Of a stretch of 64,000 nt of DNA, positions 10,415 to 23,710 are shown one piece after another. Origin of the DNA: Mobula hypostoma (taxonomy: Eukaryota); contig NC_086097.1 in the NCBI RefSeq assembly GCF_963921235.1, positions 177,384,001-177,448,000 of the forward strand, in the 5' to 3' direction. The position numbers and the translations under genes are program-made. Position 1 is the stretch's first letter; each line of letters begins with the position of its first letter. Under the pieces are notes generated by a model that worked only from the letters and a program-made list of their open reading frames with translations, did not search any database and had not been told where the DNA came from.

Positions 10415-13400
10415 TTTTTTTGATTTAGATTTTAGATTTTTGATTAGGTTTTAGATATACGGATCATTGGGATCTCTTCTGGGGAAGGTGGGACCTGTAC
10501 AAATTGGATGGGTTGCACCTGAACTCGAGGGGGAGCAATATCCTTGCAGGTAGGTTTGCTAACATGGTTCGGGAGGGTTTAAACTAATTTGCAAGGGGGA
10601 TGGGACCCAGAGTGATAGATCAGTGAAAGAAGTGCATGGAGTAAAGCCAGATCTAACAAAGAGAAAGGCTTTGAGGAAAGAGAAGCAGAATAAAAGATGT
10701 AAAGGTAGTAAGGTAAAAGGGCTAAACTGCGTGTACTTCAACGCAAGAAGCATCAGGAACAAAGGTGATGAACTGAGAGCTTGGATACATACATGGAATT
10801 ATGATGTAGTGGTCATTACAGAGACTTGGCTGGCACCAGGGCAGGAATGGATTCTCAATATTCCTGGATTTCAGTGCTTTAAAAGGGATGGGGGGGGGGG
10901 AGGGAAGGAGGGGTGGCATTACTGGTCAGGGATACTATCACAGCTACAGAAAGGATGGGTAATGTAGCAGGATCCTCTTTTGAATCAATATGGGTGGAAG
11001 TCAGGAACAGGAAGGGAGCAGTTACTCTATTGGGAGTATTCTATAGGCCCCCTGGTAGCAGCAGAGACAACGAGTAGCAGATTGGGAGGCAGATTTTGGA
11101 AAGCTGCAATAATAACAGGGTTGTTATCATGGGTGACTTTAACTTCCCTAATATTGATTGGCACCTGATTAGTTCCAAGGGTTCAGATGGGCCAGAGTTT
11201 GTTAAGTGTGTCCAGGATGGATTCCTGTCCCAGTTTGTTAACAGGCCGACTAGGGGGAATGCCATACTAGATCTAGTACTAGGTATTGAACCGGGTCAGG
11301 TCACAGATCTCTCAGTGGGTGAGCATCTGGGGGACAGTGACCACCGCTCCCTGGTCTTTAACATTATCATGGAAAAGGATAGAATCAGAGAAGACAGGAA
11401 AATTTTTAATTGGAGAAGGGAAAATTATGAGGCTATAAGGCTAGAACTTGCGGGTGTGAATTGAGGAGATGTTTTTGCAGGGAAATGTACTATGGACATG
11501 TGGTCGATGTTTAGAGATCTCTTGCAGGATGTTAGGGATAAATTTGTCCCGGTGAGGAAGATAAAGAATGGTAGGGTGAAGGAACCATGGGTGACAAGTG
11601 AGGTGGAAAATCTAGTCAGGTGGAAGAAGGCAGCATACATGAGGTTTAGGAAGCAAGGATCAGATGGGTCTATTGAGGAATATATAGTAGCAAGAAAGGA
11701 GCTTAAGAAGGGGCTGAGGAGAGCAAGAAGGGGGCATGAGAAGGCCTTGGTAAGTAGGGTAAAGGAAAACCCCAAGGCATTCTTCAATTATGTGAAGAAC
11801 AAAAGGATGACAGGAGTGAAGGTAGGACCGATTAGAGATAAAGGTGGGAAGATGTGCCTGGAGGCTGTGGAAGTGAGTGAGGTCCTCAATGAATACTTCT
11901 CTTTGGTATTCACCAATGAGAGGGAACTTGATGGTGGTGAGGACAATATGAGTGAGGTTGATGTTCTGGAGCATGTTGATATTAAGGGAGAGGAGGTGTT
12001 GGAGTTGTTAAAATACATTAGGACAGATAAGTCCCCGGGGCCTGACGGAATATTCCCCAGGCTGCTCCACAAGGCGAGGGAAGAGATTGCTGAGCCTCTG
12101 GCTAGGATCTTTTATGTCCTCGTTGTCCACGGGAATGGTACCGGAGGATTGGAGGGAGGCGAATGTTGTCCCCTTGTTCAAAAAGGTAGTAGGGATAGTC
12201 CAGGTAATTATAGACCAGTGAGCCTTACGTCTGTGGTGGGAAAGCTGTTGGAAAAGATTCTTAGAGTTAGGATCTATGGGCATTTAGAGAATCATGGTCT
12301 GATCAGGGACAGTCAGCATGGCTTTGTGAAGGGCAGATCATGTCTAACAAGCCTGATAGAGTTCTTTGAGGAGGTGACCGGGAATATAGATGAGGGTAGT
12401 GCAGTGGATGTGATCGACATGGATTTATGAAGGGTTGACAGGGTTCCACCTGGTAGGCATTCAGAAAGTTAGAAAGTATGGGATCCAGAGAAGTTTGGCC
12501 AGGTGGATTCAGAATTGGCTTGCCTGCAGAGGGTTGTGGTGGAGGGAGTACATTCAGATTGGAGGGTTGTGACTAGTGTCTTACAAGGATCAGTTCTGGG
12601 ACCTCTACTTTTCGAGATTTTTTTTTATTAACGACCTGGATGTGGGGGTAGAAGGGTGGGTTGGCAAGTTTGCAGAAGACAAAGGTTGGTGGTGTTGTAG
12701 ATAGTGTAGAGGATTGTCAAAGATTGCAGAAAGACATTGATAGGATGCTGAAGTGGGCTGAGAAGTGGCAGATGGAGTTCAACCCAGAGAAGTGTGAGGT
12801 GGTACACTTTGGAAGGACAAACTCCAAGGCAGAGTACAAAGTAAATGGCAGGATACTTGGTAGTGTGGAGGAGCAGAGGGATCTCGGGGTACATGTCCAC
12901 AGATCCCTGAAAGTTGCCTCGCAGGTGGATAGGGTAGTTAAGAAAGCTTATGGGGTGTTAGCTTTCATAAGTCGAGGGATAGAGTTTAAGAGTCGTGATG
13001 TAATGATGCAGCTCTATAAAACTCTGGTTAGGCCACACTTGGAGTACTGTGTCCAGTTCTGGTCACCTCACTATAGGAAGGATGTGGAAGCATTGGAAAG
13101 GGTACAGAGGAGATTTACCAGGATGCTGCCTGGTTTAGAAAGTATGCATTATGATCAGAGATTAAGGGAGCTAGGGCTTTACTCTTTGGAGAGAAGGAGG
13201 ATGAGAGGAGACATGATAGAGGTGTACAAGGTATTAAGAGGAATAGATAGAGTGGACAGCCAGCGCCTCTTCCCCAGGGCACCACTGCTCAATATAAGTG
13301 GACATGGCTTTAAGGTAAGGGGTAGGAATTTCAAGGGGGATATTAGAGGAAGGTTTTTTACTCAGAGAGTGGTTGGTGCGTGGAATGCACTGCCTGAATC

Positions 13401-13556
13401 AGTGGTAGAGGCAGATACACTAGTGAAGTTTAAGAGACTATTAGACAGGTATATGGAGGAATTTAAGGTGGAGGGTTATATGGGAGGCAGGGTTTGGGGA
13501 TCGGCACAACATTGTGGGCCGAAGGGCCTGTACTGTGCTGTACTATTCTAAGTTCT
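10415..13556 (+). mobile_element. 5'-truncated CR1 LINE: ORF1 esterase C-terminus plus ORF2 APE endonuclease/RT, frameshifted
   Basis: 10447-10587 encodes GFRYTDHWDLFWGRWDLYKLDGLHLN...GLN* (SGNH DxxH block). ORF2 pieces: YFNARSIRNK, ITETWL, GDFNFPNIDW, SDH, KSPGPDGI, NYRPVSLTS, QHGFVKGRSCLT, RPHLEYCVQFWSP. 3' tail TACTATTCTAAGTTCT. Candidate TSD ATACT at 10410-10414 and 13557-13561. Absent from copy B. Confidence 0.95.
10623..13551 (+). pseudogene. CR1 ORF2 (endonuclease-reverse transcriptase), disrupted
   Basis: Split over ORFs 10623-10967, 11096-11464, 11492-12430 and 12661-13551 by frameshifts and stops; the catalytic FADD is degraded (TTTGCAGAAGAC near 12669). Confidence 0.9.
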
Positions 13557-16500
13557 ATACTCCTTTATATCCCACAAAAAGTAGTGGATATGGCCTAGTC
13601 CATCATGGGAAAAGCTCTCCCCACCATTGAGTGTGTTAACACAGTGCTGTCACAGGAAAGCAACATCTTTTCATCAGTGACCTCCACCACCCAGGCAATG
13701 CTCTCTTCAGTAAGAAGGTACAGGAGCATCAGGTCCCACTTCACAGGTTCAGGAACAGACATTACCTCTCAACCATTAGCTCTCGAGTCAGAGGGATAAG
13801 TTCATTCAACTTTATTTGCCTCATCACTGGGGAAGTGCGACTGATTGGATTGTCTCACAGAGCTGGCTTAGACATCCTTTGCTGTGATTTTCAGTTGCAC
13901 ATGGAAGAGGAACTAGACAGTGGTGCAGAAGTGACTGGGATCTGAAATGTCTCGACTCACTTGCAGTTTTAGTCATTCTGATATGTTGGTGATGTAAGTG
14001 GGATTCAGAGGAGAATTAAAGAACAGTAACGTTCTAGGTTTGAGACTGATTTTCCCCTCCATTTCACCGACATATGCACCGCTGTAATTAAAAAAAACTA
14101 CATGTAGCAGCATCATATAACCACAACTTACAATAAAAAACATTTTAAACATAAATTATACAGTTTTGACAAGAGAAGACAGTTGTCCATCTTCAGAGCA
14201 TATATATGTTCTGTGATGGAGAATTTACTGTACAGTGAAATCTGTCCCAGTATGTTTCTGTTTCCTGAGCCAGTCAGAAATGTAGTGTAGTATGACTTGG
14301 AGCCAGAAGGAAGCTTTGCAAAAAGGCTCTCAGTGAGCATGTGAGGAGGGTAGAAAAATTGATTGATGTATGATTAGGATGGATGGCTGATGACTGGGAT
14401 GGATAAGCTGAGTTGAAGGACCTGAACTCTGATTCTAAGATTCTAACGTCCGAGTTCTCTGCTTGTACCTTCATTTTCATAGACACCTCGAATCATAAAA
14501 TACAGAAACAGGACCTTCAGCCCAGTGAGTTTGGGCCAGTCATCATCCATCCATTTACACTCATCCTGCATCAATCCAATTTTCATTCTCCCCACGTTCC
14601 CATCTGTTTGTTCCAGATTTGTCCACTTGCCTGGGCACTGAGGTGTTCTACTCCACATCTCAGTGCCCTCCTGCTCTCTGTAGGTCCTACCCTGGTCTGT
14701 CCTCCCAAAGTGCCAATTGACACTTGTTGCCATTAAATTCCATCTGCCATTTTCTAGGCCATATATCCAGCTGGTCCAGATCATGCTGCAAGCTCTGATA
14801 GATTTCATTATTGTCCACTATGCTCCCAATCTTGGTGCCATCCAGTTTATTTCGTTATTATAAGATAAACAACTACAACAGACCCAGCACCAATCCCTGC
14901 TGCACACCAATAGTTACAGGTTTCGAATCAGAGAGGCAACTATCTGTTACCACTGTCTGGCTTCTTCCACCAAGCCAATGTTGAATCCAGTTGACAATTT
15001 CATCCTGACTGCCAAGTGCTTGGGTCTTCTGGACCTGCTTCCCACACAGGGCTTTGTCAAACGCCTTCTCCCTGTATCAACCTTCCTTGTAACTTCCTGG
15101 TTCTATTGGCTGTTATATTGTTGTGCCCTCTTGCTCCTAAATGGACCTTTAACTTTTACTTCTGTGGCTGGGTACTGTTGGTCTGATACCATCGAAGAAA
15201 ATGCATTGGAAAGTGGAAGAAGTTATTTCCTTTAGCCTGTTCTGCCATGTTGAGACCCAGGGTTGAAGGTTGACCGAACTGTCATACAGTAGCTGAATAA
15301 GGGTCTCGGTCCGAAACATTGACTGTTTCATCGATTCCATAGATGCTGCATGACCCGCTGAGCTCCTCCTGCATTTTGTGCATGGTGCAGTAGCTCCTAC
15401 CTTCTGCTGAACATCTATTACTGGCACCAGATTAAAACTGAACCTAGCATTAGTTTTGGTCACCCTACCATGGAAAAGACATGGTTAATCTGGAAAGAGT
15501 GCAGAGAAGATTTACGAGGATGTTGTCAGGTATCAAGATCCTGAATTACAGGGAGAAGTTGACCACACTTAATTTTATTTCTTGGAATATAGGGGATGAC
15601 ACGTGTTTTTAAAGAAGTATTTAAAATTGATGGGTGTAGATCAGGTAACAGCCTTTTTTCCCCAGGATCGGGAAGTCCAAAATCATGGGGATGGATTTAG
15701 GGTGAGAGCAGAAAGATTTATAAGGGACCTACGGGGCAGCCTTTTTCAGACAGAGGGTGGTCATTATATGGATCAAGCTGCTGGAAGAAGTGGTCGAAGC
15801 AGGTACAATAGTTTCATTTCAGAAGTACACGTACAGCCGGAGTTTTGTGGAATATGGGCCGAATGCATGAATTGGGACTCGCTGAGTGACACCATAGTCG
15901 GCATGGACTCTGTGGGTCGAAGTGCCTGTATCCACATTGTGTTGCTCTCTGACTCTATTTTTCTTGTGGTAGATTTCCAAATTTCACCCACTCTAAAGTT
16001 TCAAAGCTTTATTCCCAGTTACCCCAATCTGTAGAAATACTTGCCCTCCCATTGCCTTGCCTGTTACACCTCAATAGCAGTGGGTGGTGGCAGTTCTTGA
16101 TGGATATCACTTTCCTGAGCCATCACCTCTCGTAGGTTGCTCAATGGGGGGAAGATCTGTACCTGTAATGGGATTGGCTGAGTTCACCACTTTTGTGAAG
16201 TCTCCTGAATTCCTTTGCCTTGGAGTTCCCAAACCAGACCATGGTGCAACCAGTCTGGATTCTAATCCATTTCTTCTGTTCTATTCTACCTACTTTACTG
16301 TACCTAATAGATAGGTCAATGGGGACTCTACTGCACTAAAACTGCTTCGTAAGTGCAAGGTTTTACTGCTCAAGTTTAATTTTATTGCTAATGTTCAGCT
16401 GAAATCATTTGGGCCGATTTTGATTTGTCTTGAGAGCTTTTTTTAAATGCAGTACCTGGAAAACACATCTGCTCCCAAGCATAGCTCCTTCATTTCTATG

Positions 16501-17540
16501 AATTGAATGAAAATGTATTTAAGGTCTAATGCAAATAGTCTTTCATGCGTTCAGCAATTAAACACATACCTGGCTTCAGATATGTGCTGTTTCAAAGCTT
16601 CAGAGATAGCACATTCATTAATTGGATCCTTGTGTTTGGACATTGGATGGACCATAAGTTGTAATCACTGCAGATGAGATGTATTTCCATTGGACACACT
16701 TGAGCAACTGGCTTGTCCATTATTCACCAGCAAGCCGCTCTGATTAAGGTGGAGACAGAAGAGACTGCAGCTGTTGGAGTCTAGAGCAACAAAGTACACA
16801 TTATCTATGCCTTATTTATTTTATTTTACTTTTATTTAGAGATGCAGCACAATAACAGGCTCTTTCATCCCAATGAGTCTGTGCCTCATGTTACCAAGTA
16901 GCCTACTAACCTGTACCCCTTTGGAATCTGAGAGGAAACTGGAGCACCTAGAGGAAACGCATATGGTCACGAAGAACATACTAACTCCTTACAGTTAGCA
17001 GCTGTTATGCTAACTCCTCTGTGCTGCCCATCATTTTCAATTTCTTGATCATTTTTATAAAATTAAGAGGAATCAGTAGGGTAGACAAACAAGAGAAAAT
17101 CTGCAGATGCTGGAAATCGAAGCCAGTCACACAAAATACTGGAGGAATTCAGGCCAGGCAGCATCTATGGAAAAGAATATTGTCAACATTTCGGGCATCC
17201 TGCCAAAGGGTTTTGACCCGAAAACTTCCATAATTAGGTGCATGTTTTTCCCCCGCTATTGTGGGTGCCTAGAATGTCCTTCCAGGATGTTGTGGTGGCC
17301 TTTAAGAGGCTGTTGAACATATGGGTATATGGGAGTGGAGGGATATGAATCATGCACAGGCGGTAAAGATGGGGTTTAACCATTATCATTTGACACAACA
17401 TTGTGGCCTGAAATGCCTCTTCCTGTGCTGCATTTTCAGACAATCTGCTAAAAGAACTCTGCATCTATGGGAGGGGAAGGACCCTGCGCCCTACCCCTGA
17501 AACACAGACATACACAGAATCCTTTATAACCCACAAGGAG

Positions 17541-17950
17541 TAGTGGATATGGCCCAGTCCATTATGGGAAAAGCTCTCCCCACCATTGAGCGTGTTTACA
17601 CAGTGCTGTCACAGGAAAGGAACATCTTATCATTAGTGACCCCCACCACCCAGGCAATGCTCTCTTCAGTAAGAAGGTACAGGAGCTTCGGGTCCCACTT
17701 CACAGGTTCAGGAACAGTTATTACCCCTCAACCATCAGCTCTCAAGTCAGAGGGATAAGTTCATTCAACTTTATTTGCCCCATCACTGAACTATTCCCAC
17801 AACCTATGGACTCGCCTTCAAGGATGCCTCATCTCATGTTCGTTATATTTATTGCTTATTTATTTTTTTCTTTCATATTTGCCTGCAAGAAAATGAATCT
17901 CAGGGTTGTATATGGTGACATGTGCTTTGATAATAAGTTTACTTTGAATT
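17541..17950 (+). mobile_element. Rex1/Babar-like LINE 3' end (truncated paralog at 13583-13829)
   Basis: AQSIMGKALPTIE...RRYRS C-terminus, then ATCTCAGGGTTGTATATGGTGAC...AATAAGTTTACTTTGAA tail. Confidence 0.7.
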
Positions 17951-20900
17951 TTGTAGTTTGCTGGAGTTTGACCTGAAATGAAGATGGCTTCCAAATGTTT
18001 GTGAACAATCGCAAACTGTGTGTATTCTAGACCATGGTGAATCTCAGCTTGTAGGACTCTGAGAATAGAGAGGGGAAGTGCGACTGATTGGATTGTCTCA
18101 CAGAGCTGGCTTAGACATCCTTTGCCGTGATATTCAGTTGCACATGGAAGAGGAACTGGACAGTGGTGCAGAAGTGACTGGGATCTGAAATGTCTCGACC
18201 CACTTGCAGTTTTAGTCATTCTGATATGTTGGTGATGTAAGTGGGATTCAGAGGAGAATTAAAGGACAGTAACGTTCTAGGTTTGAGACTGATTTTCCCC
18301 TCCATTTCACCGACATATGCACCGCTGTAATTAAAAATACTACTTGTAGCAGCATCATATAACCACAACTTACAATAAAAAAAATTTAAACATAAATTAT
18401 ACAGTTTTTACAAGAGAAGACAGTTGTCCATCTTCAGAGCATATCTATGTTCTGTGATGGAGAATTTACTGTACAGTGAAATCTGTCCCAGTATGGTTCT
18501 GTTTCCTGAACCAGTCAGAAATATAGTGTAGTATGACTTGGAGCCAGAAGGAAGCTTTGCAAAAAGGCTCTCAGTGAGCATGTGAGGAGGGTAGAAAAAT
18601 TGATTGATGTATGATTAGGATGGATGGCTGATGACTGGGATGGATAAGCTGAGTTGAAGGACCTGAACTCTGATTCTAAGATTCTAACCTCCGAGTTCTC
18701 TGCTTGTACCTTCATTTTCATAGACACCTAGAATCACAAAATACAGAAACAGGACCTTCAGCCCAGTGAGTTTGGGCCAGTCATCATCCATCCATTTACA
18801 CTCATCCTGCATCAATCCAATTTTCATTCTCCCCACGTTTCCATCTGTTTGTTCCAGATTTGTCCACTTGCCTGGGCACTGAGGTGTTCTACTCCACATC
18901 TCAGTGCCCTCCTGCTCTCTGTAGGTCCTACCCTGGTCTGTCCTCCCAAAGTGCCAATTGACACTTGTCGCCATTAAATTCCACCTGCCATTTTCTAGGC
19001 CATATATCCAGCTGGTCCAGATCATGCTGCAAGCTCTGATAGATTTCGTTACTGTCCACTATGCCCCCAGTCTTGGTGCCATCCAGTTTATTTCATTATT
19101 ATAGGATAAACAACTACAACAGACCCAGCACCAATCCCTGCTGCACACCAATAGTTGCAGGTTTCGAATCAGAGAGGCAACTATCTGTTACCACTGTCTG
19201 GCTTCTTCCACCAAGCCAATGTTGAATCCAGTTGACAATTTCATCCTGACTGCCAAGTGCTTGGGTCTTCTGGACCTGCTTCCCACACAGGGCTTTGTCA
19301 AACGCCTTCTCCCTGTATCAACCTTCCTTGTAACTTCCTGGTACTATTGGCTGTTATATTGTTGTGCCCTCTTGCTCCTAAATGGACCTTTAACTTTTAC
19401 TTCTGTGGCTGGGTACTGTTGGTCTGATACCATCGAAGAAAATGCATTGGAAAGTGGAAGAAGTTATTTCCTTTAGCCTGTTCTGCCATGTTGAGACCCA
19501 GGGTTGAAGGTTGACCGAACAGTAGCTGAATAAGGGTCTCGGTCCGAAACATTGACTGTTTCATCGATTCCATAGATGCTGCATGACCCGCTGAGCTCCT
19601 CCTGCGTTTTGTGCATGGTGCAGTAGCTCCTACCTTCTGCTGAACATCTATTACTGGCACCAGATTAAAACTGAACCTAGCATTAGTTTTGGTCACCCTA
19701 CCATGGAAAAGACATGGTTAATCTGGAAAGAGTGCAGAGAAGATTTACGAGGATGTTGTCAGGTATCAAGATCCTGAATTACAGGGAGAAGTTGACCACA
19801 CTTAATTTTATTTCTTGGAATATAGGGGATGACACGTGTTTTTAAAGAAGTATTTAAAATTGATGGGTGTAGATCAGGTAACAGCCTTTTCCCCAGGATG
19901 GGGAAGTCCAAAACCATGGGGCATAGATTTAGGGTGAGAGCAGAAAGATTTAAAAGGGACCTACGGGGCAGCCTTTTTCAGACAGAGGGTGGTCATTATA
20001 TGGATCAAGCTGCTGGAAGAAGTGGTCGAAGCAGGTACAATAGTTTCATTTCAGAAGTACACGTACAGCCGGAGTTTTGTGGAATATGGGCTGAATGCAT
20101 GAATTGGGACTCGCTGAGTGACACTGTAGTCGGCATGGACTCTGTGGGTCGAAGTGCCTGTATCCACATTGTGTTGCTCTCTGACTCTATTTTTCTTGTA
20201 GATTTCCAAATTTCACCCACTCTAAAGTTTCAAAGCTTTATTCCCAGTTACCCCAATCTGTAGAAATACTTGCCCTCCCATTGCCTTGCCTGTTACACCT
20301 CAATAGCAGTGGGTGGTGGCAGTGCTTGATGGATATCACTTTCCTGAGCCATCACCTCTCGTAGGTTGCTCAATGGGGGGAAGATCTGTACCTGTAATGG
20401 GATTGGCTGAGTTCACCACTTTTGTGTAGTCTCCTGCATTCCTTTGCCTTGGAGTTCCCAAACCAGACCATGGTGCAACCAGTCTGGATTCTAATCCATT
20501 TCTTCTGTTCTATTCTACCTACTTTACTGCACCTAATAGATAGGTCAATGGGGACTCTACTGCACTAAAACTGCTTCGTAAGTGCAAGGTTTTACTGCAC
20601 AAGTTTAATTTTATTGCTAATGTTCAGCTGAAATCATTTGGGCCGATTTTGATTTGTCTTGAGCTTTTTTTAAATGCAGTACCTGGAAAACACATCTGCT
20701 CCCAAGCATAGCTCCTTCATTTCTATGAACTGAACGAAAATGTATTTAAGGTCTAATGCAAATAGTCTTTCATGCGTTCAGCAATTAAACACATACCTGG
20801 CTTCCGATATGTGCTGTTTCAAAGCTTCAGAGATAGCACATTCATTAATTGGATCCTTGTGTTTGGACATTGGTTGGACCATAAGTTGTAATCACTACAG

Positions 20901-21689
20901 ATGAGATGTATTTCCATTGGACAGTAAAACTCTTAAATTTGATTTCAACAAAGGGTCTCATCCCAAAGTGACTATATATTCCTCTCCATAGATTCTGACT
21001 GACTTGCCGAGTTCCTCCAGCATCTTGTGTGTATTGCTCAAGATATTCATCATGTGCAGAATCTCTCGTTTTCATTTCAAAGTTTCTGTTTTCCTTGAAG
21101 CCTAGTAGTTGGTCCTTTGTAGAGCATTGGCATGAAACAGTTATACCTAACTATAGCTAGAAGGTTGGAAATAGATTTACACTATTATTGGTACCTACTC
21201 TGGAAATACTGCTGGCTAGGTATAGATGATTCCATGGAGCATGTCGGCATGTGTGGGGCAAATCTTTTGTAGAGTGGTGGGTGCCTAGGATGGGCTGCGG
21301 GGGGGGGAGGTTCGTGATGGAAGCAAATACCCTAGTTGCTTTTAAGAGACTGTTCGATAGACATGAATATGCAAGAAATGGAGGGATATGGATCATGTGA
21401 AGGCAGAAGAGATTTAGTTTAGTTTAGGAGCATCATGTTTAGCACAGACATGGTGGACCAAAGTGCTTGTTCTGTGTTCAAACAATCTTCTGGAGGAACA
21501 CAGTGGAGCAGGTTGAGCAGTGCCTTTGGCGGGGGAGGAGAGTTACTGATACTTCAAATTGGAATCCTGGGCTGATCCTAGTGAGAATTTTGACCAAAAA
21601 ATTTCACAATTCCTCCCCATCCCCCGATGTGGCTTGACCACCGGAGATCCTCCAGCAAGTTGTGTGTTGTTTCCTGGAAAGGGTGATCT

Positions 21690-21865
21690 GGTCATTGCAG
21701 TAAAATTCTGATTTGCCTCACTAGTGCTGGATAGGCTGCCTCACATTACAGAGAGTTCACTGTGCAGGCTGGTTGTCGTAATTCCCATGTTGCAAAAGTG
21801 TCTGCACTTGAAGGCGATACAAAATCCATTGGGACTTCCTGAGGAGGGCTAAAGAGGTGGTAACA
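21690..21865 (+). mobile_element. Degenerate Deu-domain SINE remnant (SacSINE1/AmnSINE1-like)
   Basis: CTGTGCAGGCTGGTTGTCG...CCCATGTTGCAAAAGTGTCTGCACTTGAA...TTGGGACTTCCTGAGG resembles the recalled Deu domain and tail; same family as 56435-56560. Confidence 0.45.
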
Positions 21866-23545
21866 GGTCTCATGACCCAGCTCGTCCTTGTTGGCTAAGT
21901 TGCTTAACTGAGTTGGCCCGTATCTTTTCAGACATTTAAGCATGGGAAATGTTTTCTAAATTTTGTAATTATACTTGTCTCTAACACTTCCCCTGTCAGC
22001 TCATTCTGAACATCCACCACATGGAAAAAATGTTGCCCCTCCAGTCCTTTCTGAATGTATCCCTCCCCTTCATTTTGTGCTAAGACTCTGCTACCCCTTG
22101 GTGAAATTGTGACAATTCAGCCTTTTTATATGACACTCATTTTATATACCTCTTCAGGGTCAGAACATTCACTTGTGTGTGGTGAAGTTTGTTTAGTGGT
22201 GTAAAACATAAAAGATAAAATAAGTTACAAAAGATAAATAGTGCAAAAGGGGGGCAATGTTCATGGTCTGTTCATAGATCTGACGGCAGAGCGGAAGAGG
22301 CTGCTCCTGAATTGCTGAGAGTAGATCTTCTGGCTCCTGTACCAACTCCTCAGTGACGTTAACGAGAAAGAACACATGTCCTGGATGGTCATGGTCCACA
22401 GCCTCCTTTGCTCCAAGGTAAACACGGCTCTGTTCCTGTGTGCTGCTTGTGACTTGGACAGTTACATCTTTGGAAATGTCACCTTGAGCTGAATTTCCAC
22501 ATCGTAGAAGATGCTGGCAGCCTTGCTGTGGCTGGCAAATTCATCACACTGGTGCCTCAAACACTCCATTAGATACCGGAGCAGAGTTGGGCCTTTCAGC
22601 CCATTGATCTTTCCTTTGCCCCATAATTTACTTATTTTATTATTATATAATAATATATCCCTGAACTACTGCCGCAAAAATAAGCTCCTGTCAAATAGTG
22701 ATGATAAACCTGATTTTGATTACAGCTCTCAACCCCACTGGTGTACCTAATTTGGAGTTAGTGGGGGGGGGTGGAGCAGATTTGATGGGCTGAGTGGCCT
22801 AATTCTGCTCCTATGTCTTATGGCCTTAAATTAAAGGGCTGTGTGAATGGCTGTAGAGGAAGGTTGGCAAGTTATTTTTTTTTGAATGGGTCAATTATTT
22901 AAGTTTGATTTGCACGCAGTCTGAAGTAAAATTGATTCATTTGTAAAGAGCAGAGGTATAATCCATTGCCCTTTTACTCAAACTCTTAACTGTACTGATA
23001 GTTTAGACAGCAAGTGAGTCCCAAATCAACTCCCTCTCCCCCCCCCCCACTGTGTGTACTTGAGGGTGGGTGCTGTGGTTGAGAAGGTGAAACATGGGTG
23101 CCAATTACATCTTGTAAATTAAACTTTATTCTGAATTACCATTTGTGATGCATCTAAATATAGGGCTTTAATTGTACTTGTGAATTCAAGTTATCTGTGG
23201 TTCAGTTGCCAGCATCTCATCTGAGTGTCAAATCATTTCAAGACTTCTGGTCACTGAGGAGTGCTGCATTGTTGGAGGGGCAGTGCTGAGGTTATGGATC
23301 AGGCATTTGGTATAACATTGCAGTCAAGGAAACAGGGTTGAAAGGAGGGTGAAGACATTGAAGGTTCTCAAGTGACAGGAGCACAGAGGAGGAGGGGGTG
23401 CAACACCACTGATTAGGGATAATATAACAACAGATCTTGAGATATCTTAGAGGGAGCACCTTGTATCATATGGGAAGAATTTAGGAATAGGAGAGGGTAA
23501 TCATTGTGAGGTTATAATTTAGACCTCCCAACAACCACCAAACCC

Positions 23546-23710
23546 AGCCAGTGGTGTAGTGGCATCTGCACCATATTTCGAGGTGAGTGTTCACAGATTC
23601 GTACCAGCCAGTTCCTTGCATGCTTTCCATCCATGCTGGGTTGAGTCTCGTACTAGCATTTCAGCCTCAGTTTTTAAAAAAAAGACACATACTAAAGGAG
23701 CAGCGAGTGC
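23546..23710 (+). mobile_element. tRNA-derived SINE inserted in an old CR1 endonuclease remnant (~23305-24200)
   Basis: A-box TGGTGTAGTGG (23552-23562) and B-box-like GATTCGTACC (23596-23605). A homologous copy lies on the minus strand at ~54930-55094. Confidence 0.65.

Larger units (their letters stand above)
9593..20923. repeat. Tandem segmental duplication: copy A 9593-16695 (with 3.1-kb CR1 insert and 284-bp gap), copy B 16696-20923 (~4.2 kb)
   Basis: ACACTTGAGCAACTGGCTTGTCC starts at 9593 and 16696. Both copies end GATGTATTTCCATTGGACA (16696 and 20923). Duplicated ORF-track peptides, e.g. 14978/19219 and 14274/18515. Confidence 0.95.

Noticed and set aside
10623..13551. Active reverse transcriptase, or a retron/DGR-like system
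   Set aside because: It is an ordinary CR1 ORF2 with multiple frameshifts and a damaged catalytic motif, in a eukaryotic context.
23546..23610. tRNA gene
   Set aside because: A/B boxes are present but there is no cloverleaf, and it continues into a body shared with 54930-55094, so it is a SINE head.
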